IMG/VR virus record: IMGVR_UViG_3300033149_006357
Coordinates: 13,080-77,079 of that record
Length of the DNA: 64,000 nucleotides
Source of the DNA: a virus
Reading direction: 5' to 3' (one strand)
Below, piece by piece: positions 7,705 to 17,172 of the stretch (positions are counted from its first letter, which is position 1; the number at the start of each line of letters is the position of its first letter). The position numbers were made by a program, and so were the translations under genes. Below the pieces are notes generated by a model that saw only the letters and a program-made list of their open reading frames with translations, made no database searches and was not told the origin of the DNA.

Positions 7705-8986
7705 ACACTTTCCCATCCCAAATCGCTATGCCATCTATGGATATCGGGGTAATGGCATAGTGATCATCGTCATAATCTATTACCGCAAAGCCCTGTTGCC
7801 AGTTTTGCGATGCGCTTGTCCCGGGCACGATTCCATCCACCCTGCATAGACACCCAGGGCAAAAACCCTCTATCACAACTGGGCCATCTTTCCCATACAG
7901 CGTCTTTGATACCCACTCCCTGCGATGGGCATGCCCAAATATCTCCGAGACCACAGACGATTCGATCTTTGCGCGTGCTGTACCACCTATGGTGGACGAC
8001 ACCACATCCCCGTGGCTAAGCCTTACCCTGTTTCCAAGGAGGCTCATTTCGTCGGGGTAGTCGCCAACCCAATCCACCTTGAGCTTGTGCAATGCAAGCA
8101 ACCTCGGGACGCTGATCGATGGCGGCAAGTCTAGTTCGTCTACAGATTTCAAGCCATAAGCTACCGCAAAATGCTCCATCAAAATGGACCTCAGCCTGCG
8201 CTCATGGTTTCCTTCATACAGCCTGATCTGCGCATTCGGCAACATGTCCCTCAGCGTCTTGAGAAAAGCGTGCGCGGCCAACAGGCTCTTTTGCGTCTGA
8301 TATTGATACTCTGGCGTGCGCACAAACTTTGTCGTCCAGTCTGTCAAATCGAGCAGATCCCCGAGGATATCCACGCGATCTGGCCTTGCGTCTCTTGCCA
8401 CGCTGAGCGCGATACGCAAAGCGCTCTCGTCGTGCAATGGCTCGTCTATCCTGTACCCAAAGTGCATATCTGCCAGCACGAGCGATCGGCGTAAACCAGT
8501 ATGCTTTGGCAACGGAGCATCGTAGGTTACGTCGCACTCTATCGGAACAAGCACCGGCATGAGAGGTACGGGGACTTTGCGAACAAACTGAGCATGCACA
8601 CTCCAAAGTTGCACGCTCTCGATTCCGTTTTTGTTGACGTACCCACTCTCTATCCTGCCGTCTTCCCACCGCAGATCCACCCTCTCGTTCTTTGCCCACC
8701 CAGGATACGCCTTTATTTCATACTTGACTACTTTCCACACATCCAGGTCGACATTTGCGGCCTCGATGAGCTCGTCCAGCGTCTTCACCAGGCACGACGC
8801 CTCGGCGTAGTTTCCAGACTCGACCCACCTCGCCGGCGACTTGTCTTTCAGGCGCTTGTACTTGTTTTTACATGCGTCTTTGCTGCGACCTATACGCCTC
8901 CCGATCTGGGAAAACGGCATGCCCGCATTGCGCAGCGTCAATAACTCATCTATTTCGCTTTGAGTCCACTCTATGGTGTCGGCCAT
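7688..8986 (-). CDS. HTH/Myb-like domain plus calcineurin-like metallophosphoesterase
   Basis: N-terminal WT..E...L...IGRS..AC..KY; then DMH, GDLLD, GNHE, HGD and GHAH motifs. Confidence 0.85.
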   Translation of the reverse strand: MADTIEWTQSEIDELLTLRNAGMPFSQIGRRIGRSKDACKNKYKRLKDKSPARWVESGNYAEASCLVKTLDELIEAANVDLDVWKVVKYEIKAYPGWAKNERVDLRWEDGRIESGYVNKNGIESVQLWSVHAQFVRKVPVPLMPVLVPIECDVTYDAPLPKHTGLRRSLVLADMHFGYRIDEPLHDESALRIALSVARDARPDRVDILGDLLDLTDWTTKFVRTPEYQYQTQKSLLAAHAFLKTLRDMLPNAQIRLYEGNHERRLRSILMEHFAVAYGLKSVDELDLPPSISVPRLLALHKLKVDWVGDYPDEMSLLGNRVRLSHGDVVSSTIGGTARAKIESSVVSEIFGHAHRREWVSKTLYGKDGPVVIEGFCPGCLCRVDGIVPGTSASQNWQQGFAVIDYDDDHYAITPISIDGIAIWDGKVYTGEA

Positions 8987-9729
8987 TCTTCCCTAAACAC
9001 CCGTCTGACGATTTCTTCGATCCTTGCGTAATCGATCTCGCCGCTTGGTGCAGGCGTGTATGGTGCCTGAGTAGGCAATGGCCCCTCTCCTACGATTGAC
9101 AATTCCATGTCATCCACGTAGGCATCGTTATGCTTCAGCGCCCATTCGGATTGTCCCCAAGCCCACAGCGTAATACGATCAGATTTTGCTTGCGCCCGCA
9201 CAGCGATCTGCTGGTACTCGTCATACGGTTGAACCGAGTTGCCATCGTTCGACCACACGATGTCCGCGCTCTCCGGGTCCGTTCCCCCGTAAGGGTCGAT
9301 CCCGATGCGCATGCGGTAACGCCCGTTCGAGACATTCGGATCATCGCCACTGGACGACCAGGCTTGCACCCAGGCGCTAAACTGGTAGGTTTTCCCGAAC
9401 TCTATCGGACTGATGATCTGGTAGATACCGGCGGTGTGCTTGCCCCAGCTCGTGAACCATTGCTGGGCATGCTGGCCAGAGTGTACCCGCCGGGGGTCCA
9501 AAGACACTTTGGCATCTTTGTATTCTGGCCTGCGGTCGTTCTCGCTCCACCAGGCCACCCAGCCATTTGCCACATGAAGCTGTAGGATATCATCCTGGTA
9601 TCGGAACCCTTCCTCAAAGTCCAAGTTTTGGATGTCCGACACCGAGGCTAAGTGGATCACCGACACCGGCTGGCAGCCTACCACCAAAGCAAGTACTACG
9701 GTGAAAATGAGGGCGATCTTTAGTTTCAT
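8971..9729 (-). CDS. lipoprotein with a carbohydrate-binding-like jelly-roll domain
   Basis: Signal peptide with lipobox VVGC; DFEEG...AGIYQ...IGIDPYGGTDP...AYVDD pattern. Confidence 0.7.
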   Translation of the reverse strand: MKLKIALIFTVVLALVVGCQPVSVIHLASVSDIQNLDFEEGFRYQDDILQLHVANGWVAWWSENDRRPEYKDAKVSLDPRRVHSGQHAQQWFTSWGKHTAGIYQIISPIEFGKTYQFSAWVQAWSSSGDDPNVSNGRYRMRIGIDPYGGTDPESADIVWSNDGNSVQPYDEYQQIAVRAQAKSDRITLWAWGQSEWALKHNDAYVDDMELSIVGEGPLPTQAPYTPAPSGEIDYARIEEIVRRVFREEWPTP

Positions 9730-9977
9730 TGACTTTTCTCCTCTTGTTTGGGCTTCTCGGTCAGATACAGCCCATCGTTTTCCTGGACGATGACAGGATC
9801 ATCAAAGTCCACACCGTGGTACAGGCAGAGCATTTCTATCAGCCTCGTGTTCAATTCTGCGATCTCTTGCAACAGCTCGTGCCGCCTGCGTTGCGCGAGC
9901 ATCACAAGGCCCGCATCGTGCCTGTCCAGCTTGACTTTCTTTGGCTGGCCGTCTTCGTACTTTGTTTTAGTCTCCAT
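9726..9977 (-). CDS. hypothetical protein
   Basis: Coupled ORF. Confidence 0.6.
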   Translation of the reverse strand: METKTKYEDGQPKKVKLDRHDAGLVMLAQRRRHELLQEIAELNTRLIEMLCLYHGVDFDDPVIVQENDGLYLTEKPKQEEKSQ

Positions 9978-10135
9978 ACAATTTCTGGTTTACCAAACTA
10001 TGTCAAACTGACACAGATTGGAAGGCCGCCTTTCCTCGGCCTACTTTCATAAAAAGTTCGCGCTTCATCGGGGCCTCGCCGCACCTAACCCTCCACGCGC
10101 AGGGGCCGCCACCACCGCGCACATCAATACCGTTT

Positions 10136-13100
10136 TCATCGTTTGCCCTCCGTCAAGAGTTTTTCGATTCGCGCTATGCGCTGATCCAACTGTAGGATAG
10201 CACCACGCAGCAGTGCCGCGTGTCGTTTGCTGCTCATCATCAAGCCATTGTCGCATAGTGTGACGATGCCAAGCGCCTCGGTCCTTGGCCGCTCTACCAG
10301 GGCTTCCATGCGTGCGACTTTCGGATCGGTCGCCGCCCTGTCCAGAATCTGATTCAGCTCATGTAGTAGCGCCAGATCATCTTCCATGTCGTATGAGTGG
10401 AGCGACCCGTCGTAATAGAAATCGCCTTCCTTGTCGAAAATGAACCGGGTGGCGTCGTGGTCACCGATCGAGAGAATGTTGCCATTGGCATTCAGGTATG
10501 TTGCGCCAGTTCCAGACTTGATGGATCCAAGCAGTGCAATCACCCCGTAGTTGCTTGTCGTCTTGCCTGTTTCGGCGTTGCCCGTCAGATATCCCCACAA
10601 CGTCATTGCGCCATGAGCGTATGCGCCGACCTCGCGGAAGCTAGAAATTCGTAGGCCCCCATCGCTGCCGTGGTGCTTTTGAAAAAAGGCAAATGTATCT
10701 GTCTCGGTCAGGTTGGTCATTCCGTGCGCCACATCGCTGGATTTGAGCGAGATGATCTCGTCATCGTATCCGGCCTGATTGATGGTCAGGCCAAGAGTTT
10801 GTTTGGCGTTTGAGTTGTCATTAACATATATGGAGTTAGATGTATGAATCTCTCCACTAGATAGTCCAGACGCATAATCGCCAACAGTCAGTGCTATTCC
10901 GCTAAGATAGAGATAGGCTGCGGTAAGTTGAAATCGTTGAAGGCCACCGAGCGACATCCCTATATCACCATTTGCACCAGCAGAATCGGCGCGCATTATC
11001 ATGGCCGTGGAGTCCGACCCATCCTCGCAATACAGTACTATTCCCGGATAACCACCAACGTCATTACCGCGAATGTAAGAGTACAATGTAGAGCCATCCA
11101 TCCATCGAATCGCACTGGGATTTCCTGTCCCCTGGGAAATTGTGATGCCATCGGCATTGAGTACTACATCGCCGCCACCGGCCACCAGCTTTCCATCGCT
11201 ATCAAAATACGCTTGCAATGTATCGTTGTTCCGCCCCTCGAACCGATACGTTGATCCATTTCTGTATAGCCGCAAGCCCGTAAAATTAGACCCAGGCGTG
11301 CCTGCGCCGAGACGGATTTCACCACCATCCCCCATATCAAGAAGGCCATTGATCTCGCCTGCTTGTGCCTTGATGGTCCCGACAACTTCTAGCAATGCCG
11401 CAGAAGCATCCCAGAGAACATACTGTGAGCTGCCGCCTAGCAACACATCCCCTTTATCCAGCGTCAGGCCGCCCCAGCTCTTATTATCCACCCCGCTGAC
11501 TCCGAAAGCCGCGTCGCCCTCGTCATCGATGGCCCACAGGCCCTCAGCATCGGCCCAGGCCAAGGTATTTGGCGTGCGCCAGTGCCAGGTGGAAGTCTCA
11601 GCGAATACCGGCGCTCCACTTTCAAATATGGCCCGGATCTCGTCAAAGGTCATGGCGCGCCCAATCACAGCAAGGTCATCCACGTTGCAGCAGCCAGCTT
11701 CGCCTATTCCCAACTTGTATTTCCCAAAGGCCATGCCATCCCCGAGGTTGGTAAGCTCGGTGCCTGCATAGAGTGTGCCACCCTCTACACCTGTGTACAG
11801 CCGCAAGGAGCTATTGGCATAGTCGTAGACAATCGCAAAGAAAACCTTGTCCCATGGTTTCCAGTCTACAGAAGATCCACTGCCGGTTACGGTCCAGCCC
11901 GAATCATTTAGATCCTTGAACCACAAGCAGATAGTGTCGTGGGCGTGCCATTTCATTAACGCCAGGCTGCTATTGCCGTAATAATTGCCGACCTGGAGCG
12001 GGCGGAAGGTGTGGCCCGAGGTCGTATCGTTCTCCTCTGTCGTTGTCTGGAACCAGCCAAAGATAGAGAATACATCGTGTGGCACGATGTCGGGATACAG
12101 CAAGCTGCTGGCGCTTCTGCTACTGGTGCTGTTGTGCGCAGTGCCGCTCCAGGAATGGCCCGGGCCAAGGCTGCCGTCGCAGTAGGGAGTAGCATATCCT
12201 CGTTCCTCGAGCTGCGCTGCATCCAGATAAAAGCCCTGCCCGTCGGCAGTTACACCCTCAAAAATGACGTAAAGGTTGATGCTTGTCCGATCGGTATAAT
12301 CGGGCTCAAACGTGGCAAACACTCGAATCCAGTCATCTGCATCCGCGACCAATGCCACAGTTTGGGTTTCCGATTGATTCGGGTTCGCTCCGCCTTTCCA
12401 ATATACTCTTAGCTTAATATCGTCGCCTACAGGTATGTCTCGATTTTTGACCCAAACTGACCAAGTATACGTTGATGTACCGGATATTGGTATATCAGGA
12501 TAGCTGGCTTGAGCAAAGATTTGGCCGCCCCCCGATTCCACCAGACAACTGTATGACCCGATGTGCGCTTCGCTGTCAGTTCTAGTAAGTGTGCCAAGAC
12601 TAGCTGAGCTCCATCCAGCCAGATTCACTTCAAAACTCGGATTTGTACAGAGATTCGTCGTCGCCTCCGCAACCTGTACTGCCTTCCCAAACTTCCCCGG
12701 CCTGAAGATGACCCCACCATCAATCGTCGGCACCTGGCCCATGTGCCCGTGCGCGTCACCGGTGAAATCCGTCTCATACGGTTCCGGGCCGTCAAAGTGG
12801 CAGATCATAAGAGCATCGCTAAGCTGGATCGCATGCTTGCCAACTATCCACCCCTGTGCTCGGAAATTGCCGGCCACATCCAGATCGAACTGCGCATCGG
12901 GCGCACAGTTGATTCCAATGTTGGATCCGGAATAGTCCACAAAAAGCAAGTTGGGGCCAACGACCAGATCATCGCCAACCTGCAAGCCACCATCCGCATC
13001 GATCTGTGCGTCGAATGTCCAGGCGCCCGTCACGGTTTCATTCTGTGCAAGTGCTGCATATTGAGGATGATCGTCATCCCCCAGGCCACCCAAAAGCCCG

Positions 13101-13489
13101 TGATCTATATTGGCCTCGTCCACGTCGATCGCGCCAGCATTGAAGACCAGGCCACTACCGATATTTACACGGATATCGTTGTCGTTCTCAACCAGGCCAT
13201 AAGCCGTATCGATAATATCGGTCACATCCACTGCAATAGATGCCGACGCAACATCGATCCCGTCGCCCGCGCCGACATTGAGCGTCGCCGTGCCTGGCAA
13301 GCTACCACCACCATACAATCCCTGTCCGGCGACGATGGTCCCACTCACTCCACTGGTCGGCCTGGGGGACGCGGACACGTTCCCTGTAGCACCGGCCAAC
13401 TTTTTCTCAAGCTCGCGTAGCGCAGATTCTGCCCTGCCAATACGCGAATTGACTTTCCTGAACTCTCTGGTAACCTGTGGCTCTCTCAT
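10136..13489 (-). CDS. tail fibre / receptor-binding protein (CBM-like and LamG-like modules)
   Basis: DDDHPQY motif, NLCTNPSFE CBM-like module, LamG-like segment, Gly-rich beta repeats, C-terminal coiled coil; last gene of the tail block. Confidence 0.8.
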   Translation of the reverse strand: MREPQVTREFRKVNSRIGRAESALRELEKKLAGATGNVSASPRPTSGVSGTIVAGQGLYGGGSLPGTATLNVGAGDGIDVASASIAVDVTDIIDTAYGLVENDNDIRVNIGSGLVFNAGAIDVDEANIDHGLLGGLGDDDHPQYAALAQNETVTGAWTFDAQIDADGGLQVGDDLVVGPNLLFVDYSGSNIGINCAPDAQFDLDVAGNFRAQGWIVGKHAIQLSDALMICHFDGPEPYETDFTGDAHGHMGQVPTIDGGVIFRPGKFGKAVQVAEATTNLCTNPSFEVNLAGWSSASLGTLTRTDSEAHIGSYSCLVESGGGQIFAQASYPDIPISGTSTYTWSVWVKNRDIPVGDDIKLRVYWKGGANPNQSETQTVALVADADDWIRVFATFEPDYTDRTSINLYVIFEGVTADGQGFYLDAAQLEERGYATPYCDGSLGPGHSWSGTAHNSTSSRSASSLLYPDIVPHDVFSIFGWFQTTTEENDTTSGHTFRPLQVGNYYGNSSLALMKWHAHDTICLWFKDLNDSGWTVTGSGSSVDWKPWDKVFFAIVYDYANSSLRLYTGVEGGTLYAGTELTNLGDGMAFGKYKLGIGEAGCCNVDDLAVIGRAMTFDEIRAIFESGAPVFAETSTWHWRTPNTLAWADAEGLWAIDDEGDAAFGVSGVDNKSWGGLTLDKGDVLLGGSSQYVLWDASAALLEVVGTIKAQAGEINGLLDMGDGGEIRLGAGTPGSNFTGLRLYRNGSTYRFEGRNNDTLQAYFDSDGKLVAGGGDVVLNADGITISQGTGNPSAIRWMDGSTLYSYIRGNDVGGYPGIVLYCEDGSDSTAMIMRADSAGANGDIGMSLGGLQRFQLTAAYLYLSGIALTVGDYASGLSSGEIHTSNSIYVNDNSNAKQTLGLTINQAGYDDEIISLKSSDVAHGMTNLTETDTFAFFQKHHGSDGGLRISSFREVGAYAHGAMTLWGYLTGNAETGKTTSNYGVIALLGSIKSGTGATYLNANGNILSIGDHDATRFIFDKEGDFYYDGSLHSYDMEDDLALLHELNQILDRAATDPKVARMEALVERPRTEALGIVTLCDNGLMMSSKRHAALLRGAILQLDQRIARIEKLLTEGKR

Positions 13490-15732
13490 CTCCTGCCCTC
13501 CGCAATACGTACCAGCTCACGCATGTAGCGCTCGAAATCGTCTCTCGCGTTTGCCGGCGTGACGGATGCCGTCATGTTGTCGTAGTCGACCTCCACCACA
13601 ACCACGCGCTCCGTGGTCCACTCATCCGTCAGATCCGACCCGGAGTTCAAGACGGACCTCCAATCCTGAACCAGCATCAGGCGGCCGGTTGCCTGGACCT
13701 CATCCGCGCTCACCGGTAGCCCGAACTGAGTAAGCGCCCCGCTCACGCGATACCTCGCCGACCTCTTCGGTTCCTTGTTTGAACTCAGATACAGTTGCAC
13801 CAAATCGGACGCCTCAGAATCCGTGTCCACGACATCGAGCTCGATGGTCTTTTTCCTGACATACATCTTGTTCAGGTACGCATCCGAATCGCTTGCCCAG
13901 CTCGTCAACTGCCTTTCCCCCAATTTGTCCTCGTAAACGCCCCTCACGCTCTGATAAGCGTCCTGGGCATCTATCGATGCGTCCATATTCGACAGCTCCC
14001 TGGTGATCACATAATCGATGTTTGCGCTGGTCTGCGGCTCCAAAAATACCACCTTGTCGTCATCGAGTTTTAAGCCCCACGCAAGGAGATCGCTATTTTG
14101 ATCCCCATATTTACATGCCCACGACAAGACATCTTCCCACGTATTGAACTCGAACACCGCCGGTTCGAGCGCCTTCGTAGATGTCTCGACCCAATCCGTG
14201 TCCGAGCTCCAACCGTGATCGCCGGAGCTCAGGGCGTCTATCGCTTCTTGCACGAGAAACGTGGCCGTGACATCGTTTGTTTTGGCATACGCACGGATAT
14301 TGGTGAAGTTCACGAAAGAGTACTCGTTCGCAGTGCCAGCCAGATACCCCTCAAAATACAATCTCCAGCCATCGTTTGGCGTGACGAACAGAGAGATATC
14401 GACGGAGGTATGGTTTTGCGGAACGCCGCCCTCCCTTACATCGACCGTGGGCCAATATGGTGCCCCGTTGTAATCTTGCACCTGCGCCTTGAATGGCGAA
14501 TAAATGCGAATCGTCTCGGTGGCAGACCACCCGGAGATGTCGAAAGAGTCATTCACGTCCAACTGATTGGACGCGGCGTTCCACGACTGAACTGTGGCAT
14601 AGTTGTCCTGGTCGACGTTGTGTAAGATCCACCCGGTCGCAGACGACGCCCACCTTTCCCCAACCGGGCTCGAATACGCGATCGTGGATGTGGAGATCGA
14701 GGATATCGTTGCCTCGAAATACGGAGCGCACACCGCGATGACATCGTTCTCGCCCCAGCCATTTATGTGATCTTCGTCCGTAACCGTGATCGTGTTCGCG
14801 CCGGTATCCACGGACTGTATCTCTGCCGTGCTCTTCTTCGTCAGGTTTGCGAGCATCTGCCCCACGGCCAGGTTGCTTTCGCCGACCATGCTGATGCCGT
14901 ATGTGATCACCGCCCCGGAGATGTCCGTGATGCCAGCGGAGAAATACGGGCCGTATACCACGATATCCTCGGACGCAGACCATCCGGAGATGTCCCCCGC
15001 CTCCGATACGGTGATCCTGTTCGTCGATGTATTTATTGCGCTGATGGTTGCGCTCTTATCCTGATTTATGTTGTACAGTTCCATCCCGGTGTCAATATGA
15101 GACTCCCCAGCATCGCTTGTATAATACACATAACCGTTTGTTGCGTCGACCGACGCGATTTCGGCATCAAAGAGCACGCCGTTCCCAAGGCAGATGCTCA
15201 CATCGCATTTTATGCGCTGGGAATACCCGGAATCGCCAGGGGCGGTATACTTGTAGTACACATAGTCCTGAGCGTTAAACTCTTTCCCGTTTCCTGCTGC
15301 GATATACAAACCACCGGCATTCGAGCTGGTACTAAACAGATCCGGCCTGATGCCCCACTTGGGAACCGCAGACGCGAGATCCCACTGATTGATCCGCTTG
15401 TCACAATATGCCTCGTTTACCTCGTCATCCCCGGCGATGGCGATCCAGCCAAGACACGACACGCTTATTTTCCCGGCCCCATTGCTAAACGATTCCTGTA
15501 TTCCGCGTATCTGCCCGTCGAACAGGATGGTGTTGAGATATTTGCGCACCTTGATCCTGTACCCGATGCCGATGTCCTTGTACCCGATCCCCACTTCCCT
15601 CGGAAGCGCAAAGCGTAGATATCCGTACCCGCTCCCATTCTCGCCATAATGTGTTGACCATGAAATGTTCGTCGCATCGTTTATGATGTACTGCACATCC
15701 ATATATTCATCATACGTCTCGATCTCGATCAT
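13486..15732 (-). CDS. tail tip/hub protein with three ~75-aa internal repeats
   Basis: Position after the Dit-like gene; LFDGQI motif; internal repeats. Confidence 0.7.
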   Translation of the reverse strand: MIEIETYDEYMDVQYIINDATNISWSTHYGENGSGYGYLRFALPREVGIGYKDIGIGYRIKVRKYLNTILFDGQIRGIQESFSNGAGKISVSCLGWIAIAGDDEVNEAYCDKRINQWDLASAVPKWGIRPDLFSTSSNAGGLYIAAGNGKEFNAQDYVYYKYTAPGDSGYSQRIKCDVSICLGNGVLFDAEIASVDATNGYVYYTSDAGESHIDTGMELYNINQDKSATISAINTSTNRITVSEAGDISGWSASEDIVVYGPYFSAGITDISGAVITYGISMVGESNLAVGQMLANLTKKSTAEIQSVDTGANTITVTDEDHINGWGENDVIAVCAPYFEATISSISTSTIAYSSPVGERWASSATGWILHNVDQDNYATVQSWNAASNQLDVNDSFDISGWSATETIRIYSPFKAQVQDYNGAPYWPTVDVREGGVPQNHTSVDISLFVTPNDGWRLYFEGYLAGTANEYSFVNFTNIRAYAKTNDVTATFLVQEAIDALSSGDHGWSSDTDWVETSTKALEPAVFEFNTWEDVLSWACKYGDQNSDLLAWGLKLDDDKVVFLEPQTSANIDYVITRELSNMDASIDAQDAYQSVRGVYEDKLGERQLTSWASDSDAYLNKMYVRKKTIELDVVDTDSEASDLVQLYLSSNKEPKRSARYRVSGALTQFGLPVSADEVQATGRLMLVQDWRSVLNSGSDLTDEWTTERVVVVEVDYDNMTASVTPANARDDFERYMRELVRIAEGRR
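14491..15171 (-). repeat. three ~75-aa protein repeats
   Basis: F.A.I..I...Y...GE...G..L.N...A.I...N.I.V...ISGW...PY/F, three copies. Confidence 0.75.
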
Positions 15733-15735
15733 ACG

Positions 15736-17172
15736 CTACTCCTCAAACGGGTACACTGTCAAGTAGTATCCTGCTAATGTAATATCCGAGACAAAATCCA
15801 TGTCGTATACATCGTCATCCTGGCATAATATACGCACCCTGGAATCGAATCCTTTGCGCAAAATGAACTTTGCCCAGTTTACACCGTACTTCCTCCAGGC
15901 GTACTCAAATTCCGGCGTGGACGGATTCGAGAAGCGGTAGACCTGTTGCGTGAAAGCGTCTATGGATAGCCTGTCGTATTGCGTTATTTGACCAGAGGAT
16001 CCGTCCGACTCGAGCTTCGCGATCCACCTCGTGCTCACCGGAATCCAGAGCCACACAAACTGGAAATCCCCGGCGCTGATCTGCGTCACACTCACCTTGA
16101 GCTCGACATTTGCCATAAAATCGCCAACGTCCGCCTCCTGAATAGAATCCGGTATCACAAATGGCGGGAAGTCCAGCTCGTCGAAAATGTAAAAGCGCCA
16201 ATCCGTATCGGACACGGTAAGCGTCTTCGAGTTTATCTGGTTAGAAACAACGCCCGCAACCGCCACCTTAACGTAATACGACCCACCAGTGACTCTGGCA
16301 AGCAAAATAGGCGTGATCTTTCCAGTATAAGTGCGATCCATATCTATCCCGCCATCTGTACCGAGTGTCCATGTCGCCTGCGCACCGCTGCTAGATGTCG
16401 TGAGATAGTATCCACCGGGAACGGCCCCGGCGGTTAGCGTGAAATTATTGAGCGTGCCAAAGTCATCCGCATAGATTAAGTCCAGATTTGTACTTGTGCC
16501 TTCCAGCGCCTCCCTGACATGTACATACACCTGCCTGATGTTCGCGGCATCGGCATCTGTACGATATACCCGAACGATCGGCAGAATGGCATCGCCAATT
16601 ATATCTGAGGACGAGTCAATAACAAATGACGAATCATGTGTCCCGTCGTCATAGTTGTCCAAGCCGCTCACGGACTTGACGGTGACCGCGCTGTCCGGAT
16701 CGCTCATCGCCCAGGGAAACGTCTTTAGCATTACCTCGACGCTGATCCCGTAGTCGCTGGCGCTGTTTACCCTCGCCAGCTTTTCCATGCCTGGACCGTG
16801 AATCATGCCGGCAAGCGCGATCCTCGGGACGCTGACGGCATACCGATTATCGTAACGATAAAACGTCGACCGCACAGACGCGCCAAGCCCCACCGGCTTG
16901 TACTCGATATACCCGCCAGGCTTGTCCATCACCGCACGCTGCAAAGCGCGAAAAGCGCTCATCGCGCTTTCCTGCGTCGTGCCAAAACAGATTACCATGA
17001 ACTTTATATCCACCACGCCACGTGCGACAAAACCAAGCTGCGTCGCCATAGCTCTTTCCTGCTCATTCATATCGATTGATGATGGTACGACTTGATAAGT
17101 CGCCGTCTCGTCCTCGAAAATGCTACAAGTGATAGTCGACAGGTTGTCAGGGTGAATCTTGAAAACTCCCAT
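15736..17172 (-). CDS. distal tail-like protein
   Basis: Directly downstream of the tape measure gene; beta-rich. Confidence 0.6.
   Translation of the reverse strand: MGVFKIHPDNLSTITCSIFEDETATYQVVPSSIDMNEQERAMATQLGFVARGVVDIKFMVICFGTTQESAMSAFRALQRAVMDKPGGYIEYKPVGLGASVRSTFYRYDNRYAVSVPRIALAGMIHGPGMEKLARVNSASDYGISVEVMLKTFPWAMSDPDSAVTVKSVSGLDNYDDGTHDSSFVIDSSSDIIGDAILPIVRVYRTDADAANIRQVYVHVREALEGTSTNLDLIYADDFGTLNNFTLTAGAVPGGYYLTTSSSGAQATWTLGTDGGIDMDRTYTGKITPILLARVTGGSYYVKVAVAGVVSNQINSKTLTVSDTDWRFYIFDELDFPPFVIPDSIQEADVGDFMANVELKVSVTQISAGDFQFVWLWIPVSTRWIAKLESDGSSGQITQYDRLSIDAFTQQVYRFSNPSTPEFEYAWRKYGVNWAKFILRKGFDSRVRILCQDDDVYDMDFVSDITLAGYYLTVYPFEE

Noticed and set aside
10002-10139. Two tiny minus-strand ORFs and a TTGACA after the tail fibre gene
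   Set aside because: No recognisable motif, and no acceptable -10 at the proper spacing.
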